The position numbers were made by a program, and so were the translations under genes. A stretch of 64,000 bases of DNA, taken from Calditrichia bacterium. GTDB taxonomy: Bacteria; Calditrichota; Calditrichia; JAJRVZ01. Where the stretch lies: assembly GCA_963777955.1 (NCBI GenBank), contig CAVZSQ010000013.1, positions 320,001 through 384,000 on the forward strand, in the 5' to 3' direction. Below the pieces are notes generated by a model. That model saw nothing but the letters and a program-made list of their open reading frames with translations, was not told the origin of the DNA and did no database searches. Positions 21,160 to 32,699 of this stretch are shown in pieces (within the stretch, counting starts at the first letter, position 1; every line of letters starts with the position of its first letter).

Positions 21160-22572
21160 TCAGCAGTCATAGTAGAGATGGAATTCATGCGGATGAGGCC
21201 GCAAAGCCATTTCATTCAATTCCTTCTCCCGTTTCCAGTTTATCCAGGTGTCGATCACATCTTCGGTGAAAACATCGCCGGTCAGCAGAAATTTGTGATC
21301 CTTTTCAAGCGCATTAATCGCTTCCTCCAATGAACCGGGCGTCTTTGGATATCTGGCTAATTCTTCCGCAGTCATTTCATAAATATCGCGGTCCAGCGGT
21401 TCACCCGGATCGATTTTATTTTTAATACCGTCAATAGCCGCCATCAGAATTGCCGTCCAGGCTATATATCCATTGGCGGTCGGATCAGGACAACGAAACT
21501 CCAGACGCTTGGCTTTCGGATTTGACGAGTACATGGGAATGCGTACCCCGGCCGAGCGGTTACGGGCGCTCATTACCAGATTTACCGGAGCCTCAAAACC
21601 AGGCACCAGCCGGCGATAGGAATTCGTGGTCGGTGCGGCAAAGGCCAGGATTGCCGGAGCATGTTTCAGAATACCGCCACAGGCAAACAATCCCATTTCA
21701 CTCAATCCGGCATAACCTTTACCGGCAAACAATGGTTTTCCGCCTTTCCACAGGGAGAAATGAGTATGCATACCGCTGCCGTTATCCTGGAAAACCGGTT
21801 TGGGCATAAAAGTAACAGTTTTATTGTACCTCCTGGCTACATTCTTGATGATATATTTATACCACATATATTGATCACCCATCAGTACAAGTTCCTTAAA
21901 TCTCATATCAATTTCTGATTGCCCGGCCGTGGCTACTTCATGGTGGTGTGCTTCCACCACAATGCCGACCTTCTGCATTTCCAGAGCCATTTCACCCCGT
22001 AAATCCTGATAGGTGTCGGTAGGGCTTACCGGAAAATAGCCCCCTTTGAAACTCGGTTTGTAACCGAGATTGGGTTCCTCAAAACGGGCTGTATTCCAGG
22101 CGCCCTCCACTGAATCTATTTTATACATCCCGGTGTGCTGATTTTGTTCATAACGCACCTCATCGAAAATGAAAAATTCCGGTTCGGGACCGATAAAACA
22201 GACATCAGCCAATCCTGTTTTCTTCAGATATTCGGATCCTTTTTTGGCGATATGCCGGGGATCCCTGGTATATTCCTTCCTGGAAACCGGATCGACAATA
22301 TCAGCTATTACACTGACTGTTGATTCCTTGAAAAATGGATCCATCACGGCACTATCCGGATCGGGTATGGCCAGCATATCCGACACATGAATACCCTGCC
22401 AGCCGCGGATCGAAGAACCGTCAAAACCGACACCATCGACGAAGGTTCCCGCATCCCAGGTATCTACGGGAAACGTACAATGCTGCCAGGTGCCCAGCAG
22501 ATCGGTAAATTTCAAATCTACCATCTTGGCCTTATTTTTTCTGGCAAATTCAAAAAATTCTTTGGGAGTCAT
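21160..22572 (-). CDS. glnA: Glutamine synthetase type I (beta)
   Basis: [32 protein letters not shown]...[24 protein letters not shown], adenylylation-site Tyr in DIYEM. Confidence 0.98.
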   Translation of the reverse strand: MTPKEFFEFARKNKAKMVDLKFTDLLGTWQHCTFPVDTWDAGTFVDGVGFDGSSIRGWQGIHVSDMLAIPDPDSAVMDPFFKESTVSVIADIVDPVSRKEYTRDPRHIAKKGSEYLKKTGLADVCFIGPEPEFFIFDEVRYEQNQHTGMYKIDSVEGAWNTARFEEPNLGYKPSFKGGYFPVSPTDTYQDLRGEMALEMQKVGIVVEAHHHEVATAGQSEIDMRFKELVLMGDQYMWYKYIIKNVARRYNKTVTFMPKPVFQDNGSGMHTHFSLWKGGKPLFAGKGYAGLSEMGLFACGGILKHAPAILAFAAPTTNSYRRLVPGFEAPVNLVMSARNRSAGVRIPMYSSNPKAKRLEFRCPDPTANGYIAWTAILMAAIDGIKNKIDPGEPLDRDIYEMTAEELARYPKTPGSLEEAINALEKDHKFLLTGDVFTEDVIDTWINWKREKELNEMALRPHPHEFHLYYDC

Positions 22573-22610
22573 TTTTTCACCTCATTTAATTTTAGTTGTT
22601 GATCTATTAA

Positions 22611-22952
22611 TTAGCCGATGGCTGCGCTGCCCAGTTCAGCGGTACGAATTCGTACACATTGATCAAGAGGCATTACAAAAATTTTACCATCGCCTGTTTT
22701 TCCTGTCTGAGCGCCTTTGATTAAGGCCTTGATAGTTGGTTCGACAAAATTATCATTCACCGCAATCTCCAGACGTACCTTGCGCAGTAAATTGCCCGTC
22801 TCTTTATAGCCCCGGTACACTTCGTCAATACCTTTCTGCCGGCCATGTCCCAGTACTTCATTGACTGTAATTAAATTGACCTCCGCTTTGTATAACTCTT
22901 CCTTCACCTGTTCTAAGCGGTGCGGTTGAATAATGGCAATGATCAGTTTCAT
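22611..22952 (-). CDS. glnK: PII nitrogen regulatory protein
   Basis: IIAIIQP, GHGRQKG...YRG T-loop, TGKTGDGKIFV, VRIRT; adjacent to amtB. Confidence 0.95.
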   Translation of the reverse strand: MKLIIAIIQPHRLEQVKEELYKAEVNLITVNEVLGHGRQKGIDEVYRGYKETGNLLRKVRLEIAVNDNFVEPTIKALIKGAQTGKTGDGKIFVMPLDQCVRIRTAELGSAAIG

Positions 22953-22972
22953 GTTCGGTTTCCTTTCAGCAA

Positions 22973-24317
22973 TTATTCCAACATGGTATAAGCCCGTTCA
23001 TTATGCTGGGTCAGATCCAGACCAATGGCTTCCTCTTCATCGGCAATTCTCACTCCGATCAGCAGGTCGACCAGTTTATAGATAATGAACGTGCCGATTA
23101 ATGTATAAGCGATTGTGACCAGTACCGCCAGTGCCTGGATCGCAAATAATTTTGAATTACCATACCACAGGCCATCGCCCGCAGCCGGATTGATCATGCG
23201 GGTGGCAAAAATCCCGGTGGCCAGGGCACCCCAGATTCCCCCGATTCCGTGAATACCGAAAGCATCCAGCGAATCATCATATCCAAACCGATGTTTTAAA
23301 AATCCCACACTGAGAAAACAGAAAACACTGACCAATAAGCCGATAACGATCGCTCCGCCAATTCCCACATACCCCGCGGCCGGTGTGATGGCGACCAGTC
23401 CGGCCACCGCACCGCTGATTGTACCCAGCATTGTCGGATTGCCATTAAACTTCCAATCCAGCACTGCCCAGGAAAGAGCAGCAGCTGCAGCGGCCGTATT
23501 GGTGACCACGAAGGCATTCGCGGCTAAGCCGTTAGCACCCAGTGCGCTGCCGGCATTGAATCCGAACCAGCCAAACCAGAGCAGGCCCGCTCCTAAAACG
23601 CTGAAGGGCAGATTATGCGGAGGCGTGGGATGTTTATCATAATTTCTTCGCTTGCCAATTATAACTGCCGTGACCAGGGCAGCCATACCGGCATTTATAT
23701 GAACTACCGTTCCTCCGGCGAAATCCAGTGCACCAAGATTCCTCAACCAGCCCCCCACTCCCCAGACCATGTGTGCCAGCGGATCATATACCAGCGTGGC
23801 CCACAGCAGCGTGAACAACAGGAATGCTGAAAATTTCATCCGCTCGGCGAAGGAGCCGATGATCAATGCCGGGGTGATAATGGCAAACATGGCCTGAAAA
23901 ATCATAAAAACCTGATGGGGAATCGTCGCCGCATAATCGGGATTGGGCTGCAGTCCAACCCCTTTCAGAGCAAACCATTCCAGCGATCCGATGAAACCAT
24001 TACCCGGGGCGAAAGACTAAACTGTACCCGATCAGCACCCATTGCAAACTCAGTACCGCTAAGACGATAAAGCATTGCATCAGGATGCTCAGCATATTTT
24101 TGCGTCTGACCAATCCCCCGTAAAAGAAAGCCAGGCCCGGAGTCATTAACATTACCAGCGCAGCTGACATCAACAGCCAGGCCGTATCTCCGCTATCGAT
24201 CGTGGATACATTCGCAGAAACGACCGGGGTTTCCAGTGCTGTTGTCTCCGTTTGGGCCAACGCTGTAGCCAGACCCGTACACAAGATCAACAACAATACC
24301 ATGCTTACCGTTTTCAT
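22973..24317 (-). CDS. amtB: Ammonium transporter; frameshift ~24015
   Basis: MTPGLAFFYGG, FQAMFAIITPAL, DFAGGTVVH, WFGWFGFNAGS, DDSLDAFGIHG; joins as YSL-FAPGNGFIG; AGGAG RBS before ATG 24317. Confidence 0.96.
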
Positions 24318-24382
24318 AATCAGATTCTCCTTTCGCTGCATAATTCTTCCGAAACTCTTCAACCGCTAGTATCTCTGCTCTA

Positions 24383-24398
24383 TACAACCGGCGTGCCA
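24383..24398 (-). promoter_or_regulatory. Sigma54 -24/-12 promoter of amtB-glnK-glnA
   Basis: Minus strand TGGCACGCCGGTTGTA vs consensus TGGCACG-N4-TTGCW. Confidence 0.85.
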
Positions 24399-24491
24399 GA
24401 TTTATACTGAACCCAAATCAATACAGTCTAACTCATTATAATACTGATTGTTACACATCCGGATCAGGCTGGCCACCGGATCAGTATTGTC

Positions 24492-24533
24492 TACATTATT
24501 GTAATATTAATAAAATTAATATACATTTTTGTT
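24492..24533. promoter_or_regulatory. Paired palindromic upstream activator sites
   Basis: TACATTATTGTA (24492) and TACATTTTTGTT (24522), 30 bp apart, about 95-135 bp upstream of the sigma54 site. Confidence 0.7.
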
Positions 24534-24549
24534 GTTTCCCATCATCAAG

Positions 24550-25339
24550 CTAGTAGCCAGTGGTCAGACCGATACCCAGCCAGGTATTATCCTTCCGATA
24601 GACCGCCGCAGCGATAGCATTATTGAGTATCGTCGAATGATTAATGCTTAATTCAACTGTCAAATCCCCGATGCAAAAGGGCAGGCTGACCGATACAGTA
24701 AAATCATTGAAATTGTCCTTAGCCAGACCAAAGTAACCTCGATTATAACCTGCGCTGCCCCAGCCTATACTGGCCCCGGCCGCAAGACCACCATAACAGC
24801 GTTCGTTTAGAACGACAATTTTCTCGATGGTGTGTCCCAGTCCCGCCTGCACATAACTGCCCTCAACTTCATCAAGATCATAGTACCAGGTAATCGATGG
24901 TGTTGCCGCCACGTCGATCTCCACAGTCCCATATGCTTCCACGGTCGGATTGTACGGAGTATGAGGAAACCGGTAATAGATAATACCCAGCGAGTAGGCT
25001 GCTTTGTCGGATCCACAGATTGTGTTACTGTAGTCCAGCGTAAAATCAAACTCGCTGAAATTACCTGAATTGCCCGGAGCTGTTTGAGACTTGTCGGTCA
25101 GATCAAGATTGCCCCAGACCGAGGCAGTAAAACCATGTGTCCAAACAGAAAATGCCGGCTGTAACACTGCGGAGTTGTTAATATTCTGTCCCCGCCAGAC
25201 ATATTTACTGTAGTAATCCAGACTTAAATTAGAAACAACTGCCGGTTCATCCGCTGCGGCTATCCGTCAGCTGCAGATGCACAGCAAACAACAGCACCAG
25301 CAGCGCCAGATTGTTACAACTATATTTTAGCAGATTCAT
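24550..25339 (-). CDS. TorF-like putative outer-membrane porin; frameshift ~25265
   Basis: Signal peptide from ATG 25339 (GGGAGGG RBS), then SKYVWRGQ...VLQP, SVWGN, EFDFTLDY, C-terminal Y. Confidence 0.75.
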
Positions 25340-25422
25340 TTTCCCTCCCTGAATTAGAATCTATAATCCGCCGATGGAATTCAACCACCAGGATACTGGT
25401 TCTTCAATTAGTAGTATTGGCA

Positions 25423-25438
25423 GACAAAGATCATGCCA
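25423..25438 (-). promoter_or_regulatory. Sigma54 -24/-12 promoter of the porin gene
   Basis: Minus strand TGGCATGATCTTTGTC. Confidence 0.7.
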
Positions 25439-25528
25439 GCTGTTGCCAGGCTGATTGAACAAGCCGCAACTTATTATTTTTATAAGAATTAGCGCTGAGA
25501 AATGATTTTTCTGATATTCAGCAGGACT

Positions 25529-25570
25529 AACAAAAAAGTATAGAAATATAAGATAATCTACAATAATGTA
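25529..25570. promoter_or_regulatory. Paired palindromic upstream activator sites
   Basis: AACAAAAAAGTA (25529) and TACAATAATGTA (25559, within TCTACA-ATAA-TGTAGA), 30 bp apart. Confidence 0.7.
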
Positions 25571-25582
25571 GATCGAGACCGA

Positions 25583-27112
25583 TCAGGAGAGCAGTTTAGG
25601 GTGGATAGCATATTTTTTTATTTTGTAGCCGAGAATCCGCTCGGTTATACCGAGTTCTTTGGCGGTCAGGCGTTGTTGTCCGCCCGATTTTTTCAGAGCA
25701 TCGATGATCAGTTCCCGCTCTTTATTGGCGATGATCTCGGACAGTGATTGCCCGGCCACCTGTTCTGTTTTTCTGATCATCTGCAGCGAGGGGGGCAGAT
25801 GCTCGGAGCGGATGACGTCCCGGTCGCACAGTAATACCGCCCGTTCAATACAATTTTCCAGCTCGCGGATATTTCCCGGCCAGTGATAACTGGTCAGCAT
25901 TTCGATAGCCGGTGTGGAGATGCGGGTAATCTGTTTATAATTTTCGGTGGCATATTTCTCCAGAAAGTGGTCAGCCAGCTGCATGATATCATCCTTGCGC
26001 TCGCGCAGCGGCGGCAGATAAATCGGGAAGACATTAATCCGGTAAAACAAATCTTCGCGGAAAATCCCGGCTTCCATCTGTTGTTCCAGATGTTTGTTGG
26101 TGGCCACGATGATGCGCACATTTGTTTTGATGGTCTCGCTCCCGCCCAACCGTTCGAATTCTTTGAACTGGATGACCCGCAGCAGTTTGACCTGCAGGTT
26201 GACCGGAAAATCACCGATCTCGTCCAGAAAAATACTCCCGCCATGGGCTCTTTCGAACCTGCCGGTTTTTCTTTCCGTGGCACCGGTAAAAGCACCGCGG
26301 TCATGGCCGAATAATTCACTTTCCAGCAATGTTTCCGGCAAAGCCGTACAGTTCACTTTTATAAAGGCCTTATCGGCCCGCAGACTGTTATAATGGATGG
26401 CGTGGGCGACCAGGTCTTTGCCTGTCCCGCTTTCCCCGCGCAGCAGTACCGTGGCATTACTGTCGGCAACCTGCTCGATCAGCCGGTAAACCTGCTGCAT
26501 GGCATTGCTGCTGCCGACCATGTTGTGGATGTTGAATCGCGTCTTTAATTCCTGGCGCAGGCGGATATTCTCATCCCGTAACTGGCGTTGCTCCGATTCT
26601 ACCAGTTTGTTCAATTTCACCGCCTGGGCGATCATGGTCGAAATAATGTTCAGTAAACGAATGTGCCCTTCGAAATCGGTATTCTTCTCGGCCGGCCGGT
26701 CGACACTAAGGGTTCCGATCGTCTTACCTTCCAACTTGATCGGCACACAAAAAAAAGCGATGGCCTTGCCCAGTTCGGATTTCCGTGCTCCGGTCTTGTG
26801 GACAAAGCGCTTGTCCCTGGATATATCCGGCACTACAATGGCTTTGCCGGTCTGGACTACTGTGCCGGTAATACCCTCCCCGATCTTATATGTTCCCAGT
26901 TTTAGCGACTTCTCGCTCAGACCATGAGCAATCTCGATGTTGATAGTCTCGGTGTCCGGATTCAACAGGGTAATTGTGCCGCGCTGCAATTTTAAATGCG
27001 TATCCAGTGATTTCAGAATAGCCCGCAGGGTCTGCTGCAGATCCAGTGATTCAGCCAGCCCTTTGGCGATATCGTTCAAAAGATGTACATCATTTAACGG
27101 TTTCGCGGTCAT
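25583..27112 (-). CDS. NifA-like sigma54 enhancer-binding protein (GAF-AAA+-Fis HTH)
   Basis: GAF ([15 protein letters not shown]), [38 protein letters not shown]-terminal HTH. Confidence 0.93.
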   Translation of the reverse strand: MTAKPLNDVHLLNDIAKGLAESLDLQQTLRAILKSLDTHLKLQRGTITLLNPDTETINIEIAHGLSEKSLKLGTYKIGEGITGTVVQTGKAIVVPDISRDKRFVHKTGARKSELGKAIAFFCVPIKLEGKTIGTLSVDRPAEKNTDFEGHIRLLNIISTMIAQAVKLNKLVESEQRQLRDENIRLRQELKTRFNIHNMVGSSNAMQQVYRLIEQVADSNATVLLRGESGTGKDLVAHAIHYNSLRADKAFIKVNCTALPETLLESELFGHDRGAFTGATERKTGRFERAHGGSIFLDEIGDFPVNLQVKLLRVIQFKEFERLGGSETIKTNVRIIVATNKHLEQQMEAGIFREDLFYRINVFPIYLPPLRERKDDIMQLADHFLEKYATENYKQITRISTPAIEMLTSYHWPGNIRELENCIERAVLLCDRDVIRSEHLPPSLQMIRKTEQVAGQSLSEIIANKERELIIDALKKSGGQQRLTAKELGITERILGYKIKKYAIHPKLLS

Positions 27113-27142
27113 TTTCTACCCCCTGTCCGGTTTCATAAAAAT

Positions 27143-27183
27143 AACAAAATTGTAGAAAAATATCAACAACATACAATTTCGTA
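27143..27183. promoter_or_regulatory. Paired palindromic sites immediately upstream of the activator (candidate autoregulation)
   Basis: AACAAAATTGTA (27143) and TACAATTTCGTA (27172), 29 bp apart. Confidence 0.6.
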
Positions 27184-27202
27184 TTAAATAATGATGTAAA
27201 AT

Positions 27203-27243
27203 AAAAACCGCAGAGCCGGAACATTGTCCAGCTATGCGGTTTT
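27203..27243 (-). terminator. Intrinsic terminator
   Basis: AAAAACCGCA...TGCGGTTTT hairpin downstream of the large secreted protein gene. Confidence 0.7.
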
Positions 27244-27277
27244 GATACGGGCCATAAAATAAGGAGAATGATGTGAT

Positions 27278-30200
27278 TTAGCGGATCAAAATCATCTTGC
27301 GCGCCAGATTCTGACTGGAATTTTTTAAGGTATAAAAATAGATACCGCTGGCCACCTGTTTATGCGCGGCATCCCGGCCGTTCCAGACCTGTTCATAATA
27401 ACCGGGTTCCAGTACGGCATCTAATAAAGTCAGTACTTCCTGTCCCAGAATATCGAAGATCTTTAAAACTGTTCTGCCGGCACCTTTTTCAGGGATACCA
27501 AAACGGATAGTGGTTTGCGGATTAAAAGGATTGGGATAATTCTGAGCCAGCATGAATTCATACGGAATTAATTTGGGACGGAATTGTGCATCCCTGGTCG
27601 CATATAGGGTCAAACCGGCCAGTTTTGTTCCGGGTATACACTCATAGATCTGCTGCGTACTCATATCAATAACCACGGCACTTTTCTGATCGACCAGATA
27701 AAAATACAGACCATTGGCCTCCGGCAGATTCCAGCGCAAATGATGTTTCTGCTCAGGCACAGTCGATTCGATCATAACCTGCCATTTTTTAACTTCCGTC
27801 GAATTGGAAAATGGCGGTTGGTACTCCCCGGTCAGTTTTTGCTGTGACGATTGAAAATAAAGTACCGCATAATCGCCAATCGGCGGAGGCTCAAATAACT
27901 GAACTGCCGGATCAGCAACACCAAAGATATTCTTACTGTCAATGTAGTTTTCAGTACTGAGTGACAGGCTTCCTTCCCATACAAAGTTATTACTCCCGGA
28001 GAGCTGTGCCGGTGGTTTGTCAATGACGTTAGCGACTTCCCTGAAGGCCGGCTGCCTGGGATATACAAGTGTACCTGCGACATTGGAATACAACCAGTAA
28101 CCGCGCCAGGGCAGACCCAGCGAAGTGTCGACCAGGCCCCACTCATAACCCTGCTGGAGATTCCAGCTGTTATACCAGTAAATAGCGGGACTGATCCATC
28201 CTCCCGGTTTGGCCGCTTCCGCCAGACTTTTCCCGGTCTCAATGCTGTTTTCAACCACGACCATCTTTGCTTCCCACCAGCCGATTTGAAAGATCACAGG
28301 AATGCCGATCTGATTCCAGCCGGGCAGCAGCGGTATCGATATCGTCTCGTCCGTGTCACTGACGGCAATATTTCTCAGGTCAACCTCGGTGAGCAATTTT
28401 GAAATCATCCAGTATCCGAAGCCGGCCTGCAGATTCGAATTATTGACCGAAAGATATTTTTCTTTGAGCGGATCCCAACGCAGAATACCTCCAATGGAAT
28501 CCGATCCGGCCCAATAGATAGTTGTATCCCTGGGAAAACTGAGCAAAAACCAGTGCTGACTGGGAAACTTATTGCGGGATACATCTACTACAAACTCCTG
28601 TGAATAAACGGGCAGGATTTTTCCATTATCATTATTATCGTATACCCATAACTTGAATTCATACCAGCTGTCCTTTAACGGATATAATACTATCGAGCTG
28701 GTATGCAGACTGTCCCGGGCGGAAAATATCTGACCGGAATTCAGATCGGTACAGACATAACGGCTCCATAACTGATCACCCGGATCACCTATGGGTGCAC
28801 TGGCCGTATCATTCGCCTCATACGAAAAAAGTACTGCTCCCTGCCGGGTGATTGCATTGGCCCTTGTTTTTATCTGCACCTGCGGTGCAAAGTGGTCGAA
28901 GACAGGATTAAGGACACAGTTCAGGGTAAGAGGCAGCCAACCCGGTTGATTGGTTTCCAGTGTGACCTGGATATTATGTAATCGGTCTGGTATGGCCATG
29001 GTCGGATGCAGGATTACCGCTACACTTACAGAATCACCAGGTAAAACTTTTTGTTGTGTGGTGTCCAGCTCAAACCAGATCGATTGAATCAGGTCGGGCT
29101 GATAATGAAATTGAGCCAGCAGGGTTCCGCCGCCGTTATTCCTGACTACAATAGCCGTGTCCAACCTGGTATTCACCACCACGGTATAGGTGCGGGCAGC
29201 GGCATCAAGCGCCACCAGCGGTGCCAATGTCTCAGCCGAACCCATCCTGGGCGGGGAAAAGATCAAAACCGTATCTTCGGTAAAATAATTGAGGACTGCG
29301 ACATAATATCCTTTGGCGATCTCCAGATTACTGATCCGATACGTGTTGGCCGCGAACAGGTTGACTACCGTGTCCAGGACAACCGTACCTGGATTTACCG
29401 CCGTTATCGGCGCATCACTTATACGTATTTCAGTCCCTTTGTAATATATATCTGCAGGATTAAACCAGCGCAGATCCAGGGCCTGGTCCCGCGGAATAAT
29501 TGTCAGGCTTTCAGCCAGGGCTACCGGATTACGAACGATGTTCAGCAAAAATGAATCGTTGCTTGCCGAAATAAAATCGCCCGCCGAGACCTGGATCATA
29601 TGTTTCCCGGTATCGGCCAGCACCGGCCGGAATTGAATGACTCCGCTCAATGAATCGATATCAAACAGCGGGGTATTGTCTTTGAACTTGACCGCATCCC
29701 CTTCCAGATCAGAAGTCTGCAGTTGATACGTAAAATTTGTATATGTAAAAATCGTGCTATCCCTGAGATTGGTAAATACCGGCGCTGCATTAGGTCTGGC
29801 TGTAACGGTGGTCGAATGATAACTCTCAAAGCCAAGACTATCAATTGCAGTTACAAAATAGTAGTAGAGTGTGCCATTAATTAATCCTGTATGATGAAAA
29901 ACCGTATCGGAACGGCTGATCGCAGGAACCTGGCCAATAGCCAATGGTGTTGTTCCGGTAGTGTCGCCGTAAATACGGTAATAGGCAATGTTCGATTCCT
30001 TGTTTGGATTCCAGCGCAACTCCACCCGGGCATTACCGGTAATGCTGTATAGTCCCGCAGGTTCATACGGTGGTTTTGCTTCATAAGCACCGATATCGAT
30101 GATATCGAGATTATCACCGTTCCCATCGACCTGCCGTGGTTCACCGCGCTGATCGGCTGGCGGATCTGCGCTGTTCAGACCATTGTCCACCGCCGGACTG

Positions 30201-31639
30201 CCCCGGTACAAAGCATGAGTCAGGGTAGGCCCGCCAAATTTACCCAATGGCGCTATAAGCGGATTTAAAGGTGACCCTGTCGATCCGATATTATCATTAG
30301 TAGCAGTACCGAATCCCGTACCACTTGTGGTAATAATACCTACCAGATTATAACCGAGGCTGGCAAAGTCACCGTAGATATCAACGTCCAGGCTTCCGAT
30401 GTTGCGGGCAATAATTGAATTCTGTACATCAATGATACCGGAAATTTTATAAATACCTCCACTGATTCCACTTCCAGAGATGCCGGTACCAGTACCAATT
30501 TCACTGAGCCCACCTTCTCCGCCCAGGGCCTGGTTGTTGGCGATGGTGGAATTTCTGATCAGCACAGCTCCCCCATTATTGAAGATAGCTCCACCGATAC
30601 CGGATCCGCCGCCGCCACCAGCCGCACCAAGATTAGTTGCATCACCACCGGCACCGCCACCGCCGGAGCCACCGGAACCTCCAACACCGGCTGGCATTCC
30701 GGCTCCACCGCCGCCGCCACCGCCGCCAAATCCGCCTGTACCTCCGGACCCGGCCACACCGCTGCTGTCGCCGCCTCCGCCACCGCCGCCGCCGCCGAAA
30801 GATCCGAAATTCCCGTTAACGTTGGAAGTCATTGATCCACCAATCCCGCCGGATCCCCCGCCGTTGGCCCCATCGCCGCCAATGTTGCCCGAAACCAGAA
30901 AACTCTGGCCGCCATTTCCACCCTGCGCTATATTTCCCGAAATTGTACTACTGAAAATGTTAATTGTCCCGGTACCCTGATTAAAAATCGCCCCGCCAAA
31001 ACCTCCGCCGCCACCGCCGCCGCCGCCGGCAGATCCGCCAAATCCATTAGTGTCCGGTGCTGCACCATCCCCGCCTCTGGCTACATTATTAATCACGGAA
31101 CAACTATTCAGTGTCAATTGACCACTATTATAGATAGCTCCTCCCAAACCGCCTCCGGCCAGATTGCCATTGCCCCCGAAGGCCTTATTATTGCTGATGG
31201 TGCATTTTATCAAAATCAGGTTTCCGGCATTATTAATTGCACCGCCATTAGAATTTTTTACGCTGCCATTATTTAAACTCAGACCTGATATTTCAACCGG
31301 TCCGATACCTTCCATAATATCAAAAATACCGCTGCGATTTTCTCCGCTTATACTCAGAGAATCTGCTCCGCGTCCCTTGATAACAATAGGTTTATCGATG
31401 AATAACGGGCCGCCGGTTAAACGGATTGTATCATTCGTGAAACTGAAATCAATGATATCTCCTGAGTCCAGCTCTGGATAAAACCTCGCGCAGGGATCCG
31501 AGAATGGTATCCAACGGCGTTGTTACCAGGTGGTTGTTTGAGCTTGTGATTTTCCGAAGTTTGCGAGAATCAGCAGAGCTGTGCAGAGTATTGCGAAAAA
31601 TGTATTCAGATGAGATTTAATTACCGGTCTGAGTTCCAT
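27278..31639 (-). CDS. Large secreted multidomain protein: SLRE-type N-terminus, Gly-rich beta-helix/choice-of-anchor-Q region, FN3/Ig domains, FlgD-Ig/T9SS-type C-terminal domain; compensating frameshifts ~31533 and ~31470
   Basis: ATG 31639 with GAGGAG RBS and signal peptide; VTTPLDT.LGSLRE; poly-Gly; GGPTLTHAL...DQRG...DIGAYE; YYYFVTAID; QNYPNPFNP. Confidence 0.85.
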
Positions 31640-31786
31640 AGATAAATCTCCTCATCCAACTTATGGTAAAATACAGCGGTTCTTATAAAAAATACAGGAC
31701 TGCCGTCACAATGAATTTAGAAATAATCCCGATAATTTCATATTTTTCTTATATATATAATCGGGTAGATGCTGAAAAATGATTAC

Positions 31787-32683
31787 TCAGATTTTAAACA
31801 AACGAGTCAGGTTGAATCCTATATGCCAGTGTTTACTGTTAAACGAATCGGGAGCACCGGCCAGGTATTGCGAATAATTCAAGCGGGTATTGGTGCCGAC
31901 TAAAACTCTGAAAAAGTGTCCTCCCGTCTCCACTTCGATGCCGCAGGCAAATGAATTGTGGCGGTTACGCCAGCCGGTAACGGTCGAATTTACTTCCAGC
32001 AGTAAACTCCAGGATGGTGAAACATAATATTGAGCATACTCGCCCATGGTGAAAGAGTATTGTATATCATTACAATAGATATAACTGTTGTACAGATAAC
32101 TGGGTACCAAACCGATTGCTATTTTTTTATGATACATGGTATTGAAAATAGCTGAGGCAAAATATTGAAATTTATCGCCGGTATTTTCAACGATCCCCAC
32201 CGGTTTACCATTATAAGCCAGGCCGGCCTGGACGGCGATCACCGTTGGCAATAATGTACTATTCATCTCCAGAATTTTATACTTGGATCGTAGCTCAACA
32301 TTGCCCTCCAGATTACTGCGGGTCAGAGCCAGCATCATTCTATCGCTGAGAGCATAATCCAGGCCGATATTCATGATCACACTCCCATCCAGACCGTAAG
32401 CCCCGCTCCAGCCCGAAGAGACCGGCATGGTAAAACGATGGGCCAGCTCAAACTGCATCTCCCCTTTCCGTAATGTTTCTGCCGTCGGCAGATTAAAAGC
32501 CGCGGTAGAATGAAATAATTGTAAATATTGTTCGGTTCCGGTCGTACGTTGCCATTTTACTTCTTTCTCCTGAGCGGGTAATCCCTGGCAATAAACCAGT
32601 AGTAACAGCACTGCTGCCGCTACTTGCTGGAACAGTTTTCCGGTATTAATCTTGTTTTTTAACATATCCTTCCCCTGCTTCAT
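31787..32683 (-). CDS. DUF5777-like outer-membrane beta-barrel
   Basis: NLPTAETL, AHRF...YGLDG, IEVETGGHFF...TN, GFNLTRLF. Confidence 0.8.
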   Translation of the reverse strand: MKQGKDMLKNKINTGKLFQQVAAAVLLLLVYCQGLPAQEKEVKWQRTTGTEQYLQLFHSTAAFNLPTAETLRKGEMQFELAHRFTMPVSSGWSGAYGLDGSVIMNIGLDYALSDRMMLALTRSNLEGNVELRSKYKILEMNSTLLPTVIAVQAGLAYNGKPVGIVENTGDKFQYFASAIFNTMYHKKIAIGLVPSYLYNSYIYCNDIQYSFTMGEYAQYYVSPSWSLLLEVNSTVTGWRNRHNSFACGIEVETGGHFFRVLVGTNTRLNYSQYLAGAPDSFNSKHWHIGFNLTRLFKI

Positions 32684-32699
32684 ATATTTGAATACACGA

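Noticed and set aside
25583..27112. Calling this gene nifA and inferring nitrogen fixation
   Set aside because: No nif genes in the window, and the upstream sites I found are not NifA-type TGT-N10-ACA boxes
30480..30980. Proline-rich 166-aa ORF on + strand
   Set aside because: Antisense shadow of the polyglycine (GGC) region of the large minus-strand gene
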